Source: an uncultured Ruficoccus sp. (lineage in GTDB: Bacteria; Verrucomicrobiota; Verrucomicrobiia; Opitutales; Cerasicoccaceae). Taken from it: a stretch of DNA of 64,000 nt. The stretch covers positions 1 to 64,000 of the forward strand of contig OZ223475.1 of assembly GCA_965140785.1 (NCBI GenBank). The letters run 5' to 3'. Below, piece by piece: positions 52,590 through 61,577 of the stretch. Position 1 is the first letter of the stretch. Every line of letters begins with the position of its first letter. A model generated the notes under the pieces. It worked only from the letters and a program-made list of their open reading frames with translations, was not told the DNA's origin and ran no database searches. A program made the translations under genes and the position numbers.

Positions 52590-53687
52590 TTAAGGGAGGA
52601 GTTTGTTCACGGATTGCCTGTCCACGACCTTGCCTTGGAAAAGCATAATGCCGGGTTTGGCATGGGGTGGGGTGCCGGCAAGGGTCGAGGATATCCAGTG
52701 AACGGCTTCATGCGCCATCTCCACGTAGGGGACGGTGTGGGTGGTGAGTGACGGTTTTAGAAAATCACAAATGCCGGGATCATTATCGCATCCAATCACA
52801 CTGAGATCATCTGGGATGCGAATGGCGTTGCGGTTAGCGTATTGATAGATCGCGGCGGCGATCCAGTCGTTGGCGGCGAAAAGCGCGGTGGGGCGTCGGC
52901 TCTCGGGAAGACTGAGTAATTTTGCTAGCTCCGGATCGATGTCACTGGTGGGAAGGGCCGTTTCCACGGGTGAACCCTGTGGTTGGCGCAGGCGTATGGT
53001 CCAGTCAGGCTCCGTGCTTAGCTCGGCCTCGTCAAGCGCCTGCAGATAACCCATGTAGCGCAGGCTGAAGCTACGGTGAAAGCGTGTATTGCTGACAAAG
53101 CCGATGCGCTGGTGTCCGTGCGAAATCAGGTGTTGCGTGATGCTGTAGCCGGTCCGCATCGAGTCGATGTCGATAAAGGAGTTATCGTTGTCAAAGGGGC
53201 GGCACACGATGCCGAGTTTCGGCATCTGTTTGGGTAATTGTCGTGTGAACTCGTTACTGGGAGAACCGGCGATGAAAATCGCGTCTGCTCCAGAAAGATC
53301 GGGGAAGGGTTCACCGTTGTCTTCATTATAAAAGATCGTCCATAGCCGCCCTCCTTGCTTTTCCAAGCCCACACTAATGGTATGGATGAGGATGTTGGCC
53401 AAGTGCGTGTGTCGCCAGCCCTCGGTGGTATTGACCCATATGAGTGCGACATTCGCGGACGGCGGTGACCCCTTGCCATTGGTGGCAGGAAGTATCTTAC
53501 GCTGTGGGCGGCGACGCTTGCGTTGGGCGCTAAGGTAGCCCAGGTCCTTCGCTGCGGCCAGTACGCGGGCACGTGTTTCTTCGCCGACAGAGCCTGTTTC
53601 GTTAAGGACAAACGAGACAGTTGTGGTCGAAGTGCCAGTTCGTTCAGCTATCTGGGCGAGCGTTACACGTGGGGGCGAAGATCTCAT
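52590..53687 (-). CDS. LacI-family transcriptional regulator
   Basis: VTLAQIAERTGTSTTTVSFVLN HTH; GHQRIGFV, PTALFAAND, IPDDLSVIGCDN, PSLTT. Confidence 0.95.
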   Translation of the reverse strand: MRSSPPRVTLAQIAERTGTSTTTVSFVLNETGSVGEETRARVLAAAKDLGYLSAQRKRRRPQRKILPATNGKGSPPSANVALIWVNTTEGWRHTHLANILIHTISVGLEKQGGRLWTIFYNEDNGEPFPDLSGADAIFIAGSPSNEFTRQLPKQMPKLGIVCRPFDNDNSFIDIDSMRTGYSITQHLISHGHQRIGFVSNTRFHRSFSLRYMGYLQALDEAELSTEPDWTIRLRQPQGSPVETALPTSDIDPELAKLLSLPESRRPTALFAANDWIAAAIYQYANRNAIRIPDDLSVIGCDNDPGICDFLKPSLTTHTVPYVEMAHEAVHWISSTLAGTPPHAKPGIMLFQGKVVDRQSVNKLLP

Positions 53688-53718
53688 ATTGGGTTCGTTA
53701 TGGCTATCTTATGAGCAG

Positions 53719-53905
53719 TTTTTAATTTTAGTAAAATTAAAAATATCCAAAATTTACTAAATATTATGGGTGCCTATCGTGCATAAACTAGTCTTTTTAC
53801 CTTAATTATTCTAGATTTTTAGAGTGTTCGATGAAAATTAACGGATAGCGATAAATTTACTTGCAAAGATTATTATTTAGTAAAATATAAATCCAATTAC
53901 TAAAA
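53719..53905. promoter_or_regulatory. AT-rich divergent promoter region with repeated TTA(G/C)TAAA candidate operators
   Basis: 25-bp palindrome tttttaatttta-g-taaaattaaaaa at 53719-53743; related cores at ~53753, ~53876 and ~53897. Confidence 0.65.
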
Positions 53906-53939
53906 GTTTATTCGTTTACCCCTCTAGCGAATCTTCTCA

Positions 53940-54587
53940 ATGCGTCATCCTATACATACCCCTGGAAAGTCAGCTGCAGCCTTTACGCTTATTGAACTCT
54001 TGGCGGTGATTGTTGTGATTGGCATTCTTGCCGCGATCATCATACCGGTTGTTTCTGATGTGCGCGATAGGGCTCAACTCACCCAGTGTGTGTCCAACCT
54101 GCGACAAATCCATGCTGGATTTGAGCTGTACGCTCCCGAACATCAAAACACCTATCCGAGATTTTATAGTGATGGGGAGGGCGGGGATCAGACCTGGATG
54201 GCGAAGCTGGCTCCCTATGTGGGCATGGTCGATGGCTACATCGGGTCGGACTTTAAAACACAGCAGCGATCGGCAGGGATCTTTATATGCCCCAGTTATG
54301 ACCCGGAAAAAGTTGCGGCTCGGCGCGTCTCATACGCTTGTAATGGCTACCTGAAAAGGGATCCCTGGAACTACCGCCGAGCTGTGATTCCTGAGCCGGC
54401 GAAAACAATCATTGTGGGCGAGATCGACCGTAACTCCGAGACGATCAAGACCATGGATTATGACATTGTGGCGCGGCATCCAGACAAGAGCGCCAACTTT
54501 CTTTTTGCTGACGGACATGTCAGTAATATCCCCAACGCCGAGGAACTTGATTACAGCGAAAATCGGATGGTATGGCGCTGGTGGTAA
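53940..54587 (+). CDS. Prepilin-type N-terminal cleavage/methylation protein with H-X9-DG motif (DUF1559-like)
   Basis: AFTLIELLAVIVVIGILAAII, CVSNLRQI, IFICPS, RHPDKSANFLFADGHV. Confidence 0.93.
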   Translation: MRHPIHTPGKSAAAFTLIELLAVIVVIGILAAIIIPVVSDVRDRAQLTQCVSNLRQIHAGFELYAPEHQNTYPRFYSDGEGGDQTWMAKLAPYVGMVDGYIGSDFKTQQRSAGIFICPSYDPEKVAARRVSYACNGYLKRDPWNYRRAVIPEPAKTIIVGEIDRNSETIKTMDYDIVARHPDKSANFLFADGHVSNIPNAEELDYSENRMVWRWW

Positions 54588-54653
54588 GGACGTTAAGCCA
54601 TTTTTACACTTACTTTCACTGATCAATATGAAACACAGTAACCCCCGATAACC

Positions 54654-55460
54654 ATGATTGCACTCCGTACCCAAACTCTCGTCTTCACGCTTTGTCGCAT
54701 CGCATCGCTGACGGCGCTCGCTACGCTTCCGGCCGTCGCTGTTCAGGCGCAGACCGTGATCCTACAGGAAGACTTTTCCAACCCGCCGTGGTCCTCACTG
54801 CCAACGTCGCTGACGTCGTCCAGCCAGAACGGATGGATCGGTAATGATGGCGACACTGGAATCACCTCTGAGGTCATGGATTATGACGGTGGGCAATCGC
54901 TCTATATCAGCGACAATAGCACGTCAGCATCAGCTAAAGCCCGTTATGACCTCGGAGAAAACTATGACAATGGCTACATCGAGTTTTCGGTGAAGGATAC
55001 GGGGTCTTCGGGAGTGCTCTATTTTTACGGCTATGATACCGGCTCGACCAGCTCGAGTGCGCGTAATTTTATATTGACGATCAACCGCTCGAGCGAAGAA
55101 ATCTCTCTCATCTCCGTCGTCGACGGCTCGAGTTCGACGCGCAGCGATAACGTCAGTTTTGCGGATGCTGACTACACGGATGGGGACTGGAACTCTGTTC
55201 GCATCTATTTCGACGATGAGAGCAAGAGCGCTTACGTCTCCATAAACGGATCCAACATTTCAGGACTCTCTGTGGAGAATGAAAATACGAACTGGCGGCT
55301 TGGAAACTTCGAGTTGGTGGCCGGGTATAGCTCGGGCACTGGGCCTTCCGGGCATTTTGACGACATCCAGGTCGCTGTCGTTCCCGAGCCTTCAGGAGCT
55401 GCTCTGATCGGCGGAGCGCTGCTGGTCGTAGCGATTGGCATCCGCCGCATTCGTCGCTGA
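54654..55460 (+). CDS. PEP-CTERM surface protein (beta-sandwich/lectin-like body)
   Basis: Signal peptide, Ser/Asp-rich beta-strand body, FDDI, VPEPS + TM + RRIRR. Confidence 0.92.
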   Translation: MIALRTQTLVFTLCRIASLTALATLPAVAVQAQTVILQEDFSNPPWSSLPTSLTSSSQNGWIGNDGDTGITSEVMDYDGGQSLYISDNSTSASAKARYDLGENYDNGYIEFSVKDTGSSGVLYFYGYDTGSTSSSARNFILTINRSSEEISLISVVDGSSSTRSDNVSFADADYTDGDWNSVRIYFDDESKSAYVSINGSNISGLSVENENTNWRLGNFELVAGYSSGTGPSGHFDDIQVAVVPEPSGAALIGGALLVVAIGIRRIRR

Positions 55461-55626
55461 GCTTGGTCAGTGCCTCCTTCAACGTCCGTAACTGCGCGGG
55501 CGTTGAAGGAGATTGCGTTGTCAAAAGTCAGAGTCACAGGTAGTACCGGTGCTCACCGCTCTTATCAAGCAGATGAGTGTGCCGCGTCTATCGAGTTCCT
55601 CCATTGCTTAATCCCAAATACTCCAA

Positions 55627-58128
55627 ATGAAAATACTCGCTAGAACGATGACGTTTCTCGGCCTGTCAGTGGCAACCCTGGCGGCTCAGGATATTCCGAT
55701 CGAGAATCCCGGTTTTGAAGCGGTCATGAGCGGGTGGCGTATCCCCAGTCAGGATGGAGGAATGAGTCGCATCACCAGCGATGCGGCCAAAACCGGGAGC
55801 TACGGTGCCCAGGTTATTGATTCGTCCGGCGCAGCTGGAAGCAGTCTGGAATCTCAGAAAATAGCGATTAGGGGTGGGGAAGGCTACCGCTTGTCCTATG
55901 ACGCCAAGGTGGTCAGTGGTGGCGGTATTGGCGTGTATCTGCTGTTTTTTGACAGTACTGGTGCGAAGATACAACAGGACGAACCAACGGTGAAATCCAT
56001 GCGCGAAATGTGGGGCTGGCAGCGCCATGAACTCGTCTGTGTGGCTCCTGCGCAAGCGGTTGAGCTTGCTGTATGGGTCCATTCCTACCGTGTATCGGAG
56101 GTCGAGGCGTTTTTTGATAACTTCGCGGTTGAGCAAATCCCGGCAAGTGAGGCCGAGAAGATTCTCAAAAGCCAAGCCGGGCCGGAAGCGCCGATGTTTC
56201 CGAAGGAGGATCCGGAGCATGAGTTTTCCGCTTATAAAGTTTATCAACCCGACGGAAGCGTTTTGCGCACACCGGTAGAAGATTGGGAGGGCGCCCGGCA
56301 GCGGGTTGCCAATGATCCCGGTTGGGCTCAATGGTTGGCCGATCGGGAGGCGGAGGTTACCGCCTGGATGGACTCTCATCAGGACCGTGCAGAGTGGCAG
56401 GGTGGTTGGTGGCACAATTTTGTCAGCCCGGTTGACGGGGCATTTTTGGTCTGGACGGATGAGGTGCCCGGTGAAGACGTGGAGTATCTCATGAGCAGGA
56501 GCGGGGATCAGGTTGCCGTGACCACGGATATTTTTGAAGGCTGGGTCTTCGGCTTTCGTAAGCGCAACTTTGCCAACATGGTGGAAGCTGCCCGGCTCTA
56601 CCACCTCACGGGCGAGACCCGCTATGCGGACTGGGTGGTGGAGCAACTGGATTTTTACGCCGACAACTACGAGGGTTGGGGTAACAACCCGCGACAACGG
56701 AAGGGGTCGCACCTGGGTTGGCAAGCGCTGGAAGACGCGACCTGGTTGGCAAAAATGGTCGAGAGCGCGCGTCTGGTTTTTGATTACGTGAGCGAGCCCG
56801 AAAGGCAGTATTGGTATGATCACTTGTTCAAGCCGCAGGCTGACCTGCTGACCGGCCAGGGACAGTACGTGCACAACATACCCATGTGGTTCCGGTCAGC
56901 CGCCGCCCAAGTCGCCTTGCTTTATGACGATGAGGACTTGTGGGACACGACAATAAACGGTCCCTTTGGCCTGCGCGATCAGTTTGAGAAAGGTGTGACG
57001 AGCGACTATTTCTGGTACGAGCAGTCGATGGGCTACAACAGCTACATCATGATGGCGACCTATCCGCTGTTTGTCTTCGCCGGATTATTAGACGAAGGGG
57101 AACGCCTTGAGCCAGAAGCAGCGATTTTGCAAAATCTGATGCTTGCTCCCTATACGCTGGCTTTCCCCGATGGCCGCATTCCGAATCCCGCGGATGCGAG
57201 CGGTCCGGCCAAGCTCACCGCTGGCTCTCTGGGAAGAATCTATCGCGTGCTGCCGACTTGGGCTGGCTTGGATGTTGCCGCCGGTCAGCGTTCCTGGGAC
57301 ACCTTAATTGATCCTCCGGAGGCGGTTCAGGGCGATGCGTCACTCCCTGACGTGGAGCCCCGTCTGATGGAAAGTTCACGTTTTGCGGTGATCAAGGACG
57401 GTCCCTGGCAGGTGTTTTTACATGCTGGTCAGCTCTGCCGGTCTCACTCGCAGGCCGAGGCATTGAATTGGTCCGCTTACTTTGGGGAGACGCTTGTTTC
57501 ACAGGATGCAGGCACGGTTGGCTATGGCTCGCCGCTGGCGAAAGGCTACTACTCGCGAGGCTTGGCACATAATGTTCCGTTGATTGGCGGTTACGGCCAG
57601 CAGGGCTGGAATCCCGGTGAGTTCTTGGACTACAGTATGCAACCTGCCCGGATTCAGGCGGTACAGGAACAGTATCGCGATGGTATCTGTGCGGAGCGAA
57701 CGATTGCCGTCGTGGGAAATGCACTGGTCGATGAGGTAAGTGTTACTGTTGCGGAGAGTGGGGCAGCGAAACCCATTGGGCTGGCTTTGCATCTGGAGGG
57801 CACGCCAAGCGTCGGAGGATCGTTTGTATCGGTGCCTGCGGCTGCGTTCGCTGAGGGACGGTCGTCTGCTTTTGGCTACTGGCAAGATGTTGTGTCTGCC
57901 GATTTTGTCGGGACGGCTGTTGTGCCAGTTGCTTTCGACGGTGGTTTGGTCCTCGATGTTACCTTCAGCTACCCCGGATCATTCACACTCTATATCGGAG
58001 ATGCTCCGGGGCAACCACCTGCCAGGCACGCGGCTTTTTATCTTGAGACGGAAGCTTATGGGCAAGCGACGATAAGAACAACCCTCGTGCCCGCTCAAGT
58101 GCCTGAAACAGCTTCACTGGGCGAATGA
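55627..58128 (+). CDS. Secreted polysaccharide-lyase-like protein (CBM4/9-like + alginate-lyase-like + heparinase II/III-like)
   Basis: Signal peptide, NPGFE...FFDNF CBM-like domain, HNIPMW, WYEQSMGYN, PNPAD, GYGSPL...AHNVP. Confidence 0.75.
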   Translation: MKILARTMTFLGLSVATLAAQDIPIENPGFEAVMSGWRIPSQDGGMSRITSDAAKTGSYGAQVIDSSGAAGSSLESQKIAIRGGEGYRLSYDAKVVSGGGIGVYLLFFDSTGAKIQQDEPTVKSMREMWGWQRHELVCVAPAQAVELAVWVHSYRVSEVEAFFDNFAVEQIPASEAEKILKSQAGPEAPMFPKEDPEHEFSAYKVYQPDGSVLRTPVEDWEGARQRVANDPGWAQWLADREAEVTAWMDSHQDRAEWQGGWWHNFVSPVDGAFLVWTDEVPGEDVEYLMSRSGDQVAVTTDIFEGWVFGFRKRNFANMVEAARLYHLTGETRYADWVVEQLDFYADNYEGWGNNPRQRKGSHLGWQALEDATWLAKMVESARLVFDYVSEPERQYWYDHLFKPQADLLTGQGQYVHNIPMWFRSAAAQVALLYDDEDLWDTTINGPFGLRDQFEKGVTSDYFWYEQSMGYNSYIMMATYPLFVFAGLLDEGERLEPEAAILQNLMLAPYTLAFPDGRIPNPADASGPAKLTAGSLGRIYRVLPTWAGLDVAAGQRSWDTLIDPPEAVQGDASLPDVEPRLMESSRFAVIKDGPWQVFLHAGQLCRSHSQAEALNWSAYFGETLVSQDAGTVGYGSPLAKGYYSRGLAHNVPLIGGYGQQGWNPGEFLDYSMQPARIQAVQEQYRDGICAERTIAVVGNALVDEVSVTVAESGAAKPIGLALHLEGTPSVGGSFVSVPAAAFAEGRSSAFGYWQDVVSADFVGTAVVPVAFDGGLVLDVTFSYPGSFTLYIGDAPGQPPARHAAFYLETEAYGQATIRTTLVPAQVPETASLGE

Positions 58129-58257
58129 TAATAGGCTCAAGCTGGTCGGGGCTCAGCGGTCATGAGCGCGGACGCGATCCTTGGCGTACTGCTGAGAAAC
58201 CTGATTCTGCCATGATCATTACAACCATGAAAAGCTGACTGCGCTTTCGCTACTGAA

Positions 58258-60063
58258 ATGACATTAGAATACATAACCTTGGTCGTTTACCTTGTTGTCC
58301 TGCTTGCCTTGGGGGCGTACTTCAAGAAGTTTACGCGTGACCTCAGTGACTTTGTCCGCGGGGGCGCTCAGGGGAGTTGGTGGCTTGTCGGGATGAGTAT
58401 TCTGATGTCCTCGATCAGCGCTTTTACCTTTACGGGTAATGCATCGGCTGCCTATGAGGCGGGCCCGTCGTTACTGGTTATCTACGCCGCGAATTGCCTG
58501 GGGTTGATGTGTGGCGCATTATTCCTGGGGCCTTGGCTGAGGCAGACGCGTGCCTACACCAGTGCTGATGTCGTGCGCGCGCGCTATGGTGTGCCGGTGG
58601 AGCAGTTTGGAGCCTGCTTTGGCGTGCTGATTGGTCCACTCGGTGCGGCGATTCAACTCTATGCTTTGTCGTTTTTCACCAGCACGGTTATGGGGCTTCC
58701 GCTGCTGCCCACAATGGTGACCATCGCCGTCATTGTGACATTCTACTCCACCAGCGGTGGCAAGTGGGCGGTGATGGCAACGGACTTTGTGCAGGCCATG
58801 GTTATGCTCTCGATTACGTTTCTTGTCTGTTACCTATCGCTCCGGGAGGTGGGAGGGCTTTCCGGGTTTTTCTCGTTGTTCAGCGATCCTAAGTTCGCGA
58901 CGGACTTTCAGTTCATCAAGGAGCCCGGTTCTTTCCCCGGTGATCGATACACGCTGATGTGGGCGGTGATGGTGTTCATCATGCAGGTGAACTCACAACT
59001 CAGCCTCTCCGCTTCAGGCCGATACATTGCTGCCAAGGACGGGCGTGAGGCATCACGGGCCTCCTGGCTGGCGTTTGTGTTGATGGCTTTGGGGAGCGCG
59101 GTGTGGTTTATCCCGCCGATGGTTGCGCGGTTTGTATATGCCGATGAGATCATGGCCTCGACAATGGAAAACCCCGCCGACAGTGCCTACGCGTTCATTG
59201 CGATGAAGCTACTTCCCAACGGGTTGGTAGGCCTGTTGATCGCCGCCATGTTTGCTGCGACTATGAGTAGTATGGACACCGGACTCAATGCGCAGGTGGG
59301 CGTGCTGGTGCGCAACATCATCCCGCGCTTTCGTGGTGCGATTGGTAAGACCGAGCCGTTGACGACGAAGGTGGAAATGAAGATCTGCCACGTGGCTACG
59401 GTGTGTCTAGGCTGCCTGATTGTGACCTACGGGTTTCTCTTTGCGACACAGGACAAGATCGTCCTCTTCGATGCGAGTCTGATGATTGCCTCGGTTATCG
59501 GTGTCCCTATGGCTTTCCCGATGTTCGTAGGGTTGTGGCTGAAGCGCTTGCCCAAGTGGTCGTATTTTCCAATTTTCACGGCATGCCTGGCGCCGTCCAT
59601 CTGGTCTTTTATCGACAGCAAAGTGTATGGTGTCAGCTGGACGATCCAGGACCGTGCATTGTGGATTGTTATCTGTGGCACGAGCGCATCGGTCCTGTGC
59701 CTTTTGCTTTCGAAGCTGAATACGCAAAAGGCGCGCGAAGACGTGCATGAGTTTTTTACACTGATGCATACCCCGATCGACTATGATAAGGAGATCGGGC
59801 GATCGAGCGTGGACTACGAGCAGTACTTTGCCTTGTCCAAGGCTGTCTTTGTCGTCGGCGGGTTAATCCTGCTGATCCTTGTTGTGCCCAACTCGGTCTT
59901 TGCACGTATGAGTATCCTTGCTGTTGCGCTGAGTGTCCTCGCGGTCGGTGCTTTGCTGTGGGTGGGAGGTCTGCGCGTGAAGAAGCGTCTGGTGCTTGAG
60001 ACGGCAAAGCCGGAAGCCGTTGGGAGTTATGAAGCGGCAAAGTCAACGGCTGGTGAATCCTGA
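58258..60063 (+). CDS. Sodium:solute symporter (SSS family)
   Basis: WWLVGMSI, SAFTF, GGKWAVMATDFVQ, GLVGLLIAAMFAATMSSMD. Confidence 0.93.
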   Translation: MTLEYITLVVYLVVLLALGAYFKKFTRDLSDFVRGGAQGSWWLVGMSILMSSISAFTFTGNASAAYEAGPSLLVIYAANCLGLMCGALFLGPWLRQTRAYTSADVVRARYGVPVEQFGACFGVLIGPLGAAIQLYALSFFTSTVMGLPLLPTMVTIAVIVTFYSTSGGKWAVMATDFVQAMVMLSITFLVCYLSLREVGGLSGFFSLFSDPKFATDFQFIKEPGSFPGDRYTLMWAVMVFIMQVNSQLSLSASGRYIAAKDGREASRASWLAFVLMALGSAVWFIPPMVARFVYADEIMASTMENPADSAYAFIAMKLLPNGLVGLLIAAMFAATMSSMDTGLNAQVGVLVRNIIPRFRGAIGKTEPLTTKVEMKICHVATVCLGCLIVTYGFLFATQDKIVLFDASLMIASVIGVPMAFPMFVGLWLKRLPKWSYFPIFTACLAPSIWSFIDSKVYGVSWTIQDRALWIVICGTSASVLCLLLSKLNTQKAREDVHEFFTLMHTPIDYDKEIGRSSVDYEQYFALSKAVFVVGGLILLILVVPNSVFARMSILAVALSVLAVGALLWVGGLRVKKRLVLETAKPEAVGSYEAAKSTAGES

Positions 60064-60099
60064 AGCAAACAGAGCTGCTAATATTTTTGAAGATTTGAA

Positions 60100-61554
60100 A
60101 TGATTAATATGAAGACGGATTTATCGCTTAAAGAACGTGTGTACGGCTGCTGGCTTGGGAAATCCATCGGCGGGACAATCGGGTTACCGGCCGAGGGCGA
60201 TGTCGGTCCGCTTAACTTTACGTATTACGATCCGGTCCCGACTTCGGCACCGCCTAATGACGACCTGGAACTGCAACTGGTTTGGCTCCATCTGCTAGAG
60301 CAGAAGGGCTTGGCACTGACGCAGGAGGACCTCGCACAGGCCTGGCTTGAGCACATCCACTACATGTGGGATGAGTACGGTCGCTGCCGTTGGAATCTAC
60401 GCCGTGGCGTGCCCGCTGCTGCCGTTGGTTCGTTTGAGAACTGGTTTGGGGCCGGGATGGGCTCGCCGATCCGTTCTGAGATCTGGGCCTGTGTGTGTGC
60501 GGGCAAGCCCGATGCTGCGGCCGCCTATGCGCGCTTGGATGCCTCACTGGATCACAGCCTGGAGGGGATTGAGGGCGAGGTGTACCTGGCCGTTATGCAG
60601 AGTCTGGTCTTGGCTGGTGTGCCGCTCAGGCAGGCGATGGAGGAGGCTATGTCCTTTATCGATTCGACTTCCGAAACTGCGCAAGGGCTCGCCCAGGCTT
60701 TACGCCTGTACGGGGATTGTGTTCCGGCTTGGGATGCCTACGCTCAGATCACACAGCTGCACAAGCATGATAATTTTACCCACGCGCCCCTGAACCTGTC
60801 GCTTATTGGTTGGGCGCTCGCCTACGGTGAGGGCGACTTTGATTCTTCTCTGCTCTTGGGCACAAACTGTGGTTATGACACCGACTGCACGGCGGCTACG
60901 GTGGGGGCCACGATGGGGATGCTACTGGGGGCTGAGGCTATTGACGAACGCTGGACGTCGCCAATCGGCGATGGTGTGTATGTCGGGCAGGGGATACAGG
61001 GGATTCGTGCGCCAGATACGCTGGGGGAATTGACGGAGCGCACCATGCGGATGCACGAGAGCTTTGTGCAGAGATCCCATCATGCGCTGCCCGTTGTGAA
61101 ACAAGCGCCCAAGGTGGACCTCGGGTCATTGCCGGGAACTGTGTCGTTGTTGCCTTTCGGTGCAACAGAGCCCGTGCGTTGGGCCAACGGTGAACTGCCC
61201 CGCGAGGTTCTCGGGGCGGGAGGCGCTGAGTGGGTATGGACAGTCGGGGCTGAGGTTGCTGCAGGGTGTCACCTCATTGCTTTGGCGCGTGAGGGGTGCC
61301 GCTTATACGTGGATGACAAGTTGGTGGTCGATTGTCCTTCGGGGGTTGAATTTGTGCCCGCGGTGCACCGCCCGGCCACAGCAGCAAAGGTTAAGTTTCA
61401 GCCTGAGCGTGGCAGCTACAAGGTGCGGTTGGAGTTGAACTGTAAGTCGGAGGAGCAGGATGCATCGGTACTGCTTGGTATGTTGAATAGACACCTGACT
61501 GCCTGGGATGGCAGCGTGATGCCGAATGGGGCACGGTTGGCAAACCCCAGCTAG
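60100..61554 (+). CDS. ADP-ribosylglycohydrolase-family protein with extra C-terminal beta domain
   Basis: GCWLGKSIGGTIGLPAEG, NDDLELQ, MGSPIRSEIW, GYDTDCTAATVGA. Confidence 0.88.
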   Translation: MINMKTDLSLKERVYGCWLGKSIGGTIGLPAEGDVGPLNFTYYDPVPTSAPPNDDLELQLVWLHLLEQKGLALTQEDLAQAWLEHIHYMWDEYGRCRWNLRRGVPAAAVGSFENWFGAGMGSPIRSEIWACVCAGKPDAAAAYARLDASLDHSLEGIEGEVYLAVMQSLVLAGVPLRQAMEEAMSFIDSTSETAQGLAQALRLYGDCVPAWDAYAQITQLHKHDNFTHAPLNLSLIGWALAYGEGDFDSSLLLGTNCGYDTDCTAATVGATMGMLLGAEAIDERWTSPIGDGVYVGQGIQGIRAPDTLGELTERTMRMHESFVQRSHHALPVVKQAPKVDLGSLPGTVSLLPFGATEPVRWANGELPREVLGAGGAEWVWTVGAEVAAGCHLIALAREGCRLYVDDKLVVDCPSGVEFVPAVHRPATAAKVKFQPERGSYKVRLELNCKSEEQDASVLLGMLNRHLTAWDGSVMPNGARLANPS

Positions 61555-61577
61555 GGCAAAGCAAGATTTGTATTTAT

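Noticed and set aside
60100..61554. Toxin-antitoxin or anti-phage ADP-ribosylation module
   Set aside because: No ADP-ribosyltransferase, macrodomain or toxin gene is adjacent; the context is purely carbohydrate catabolism.
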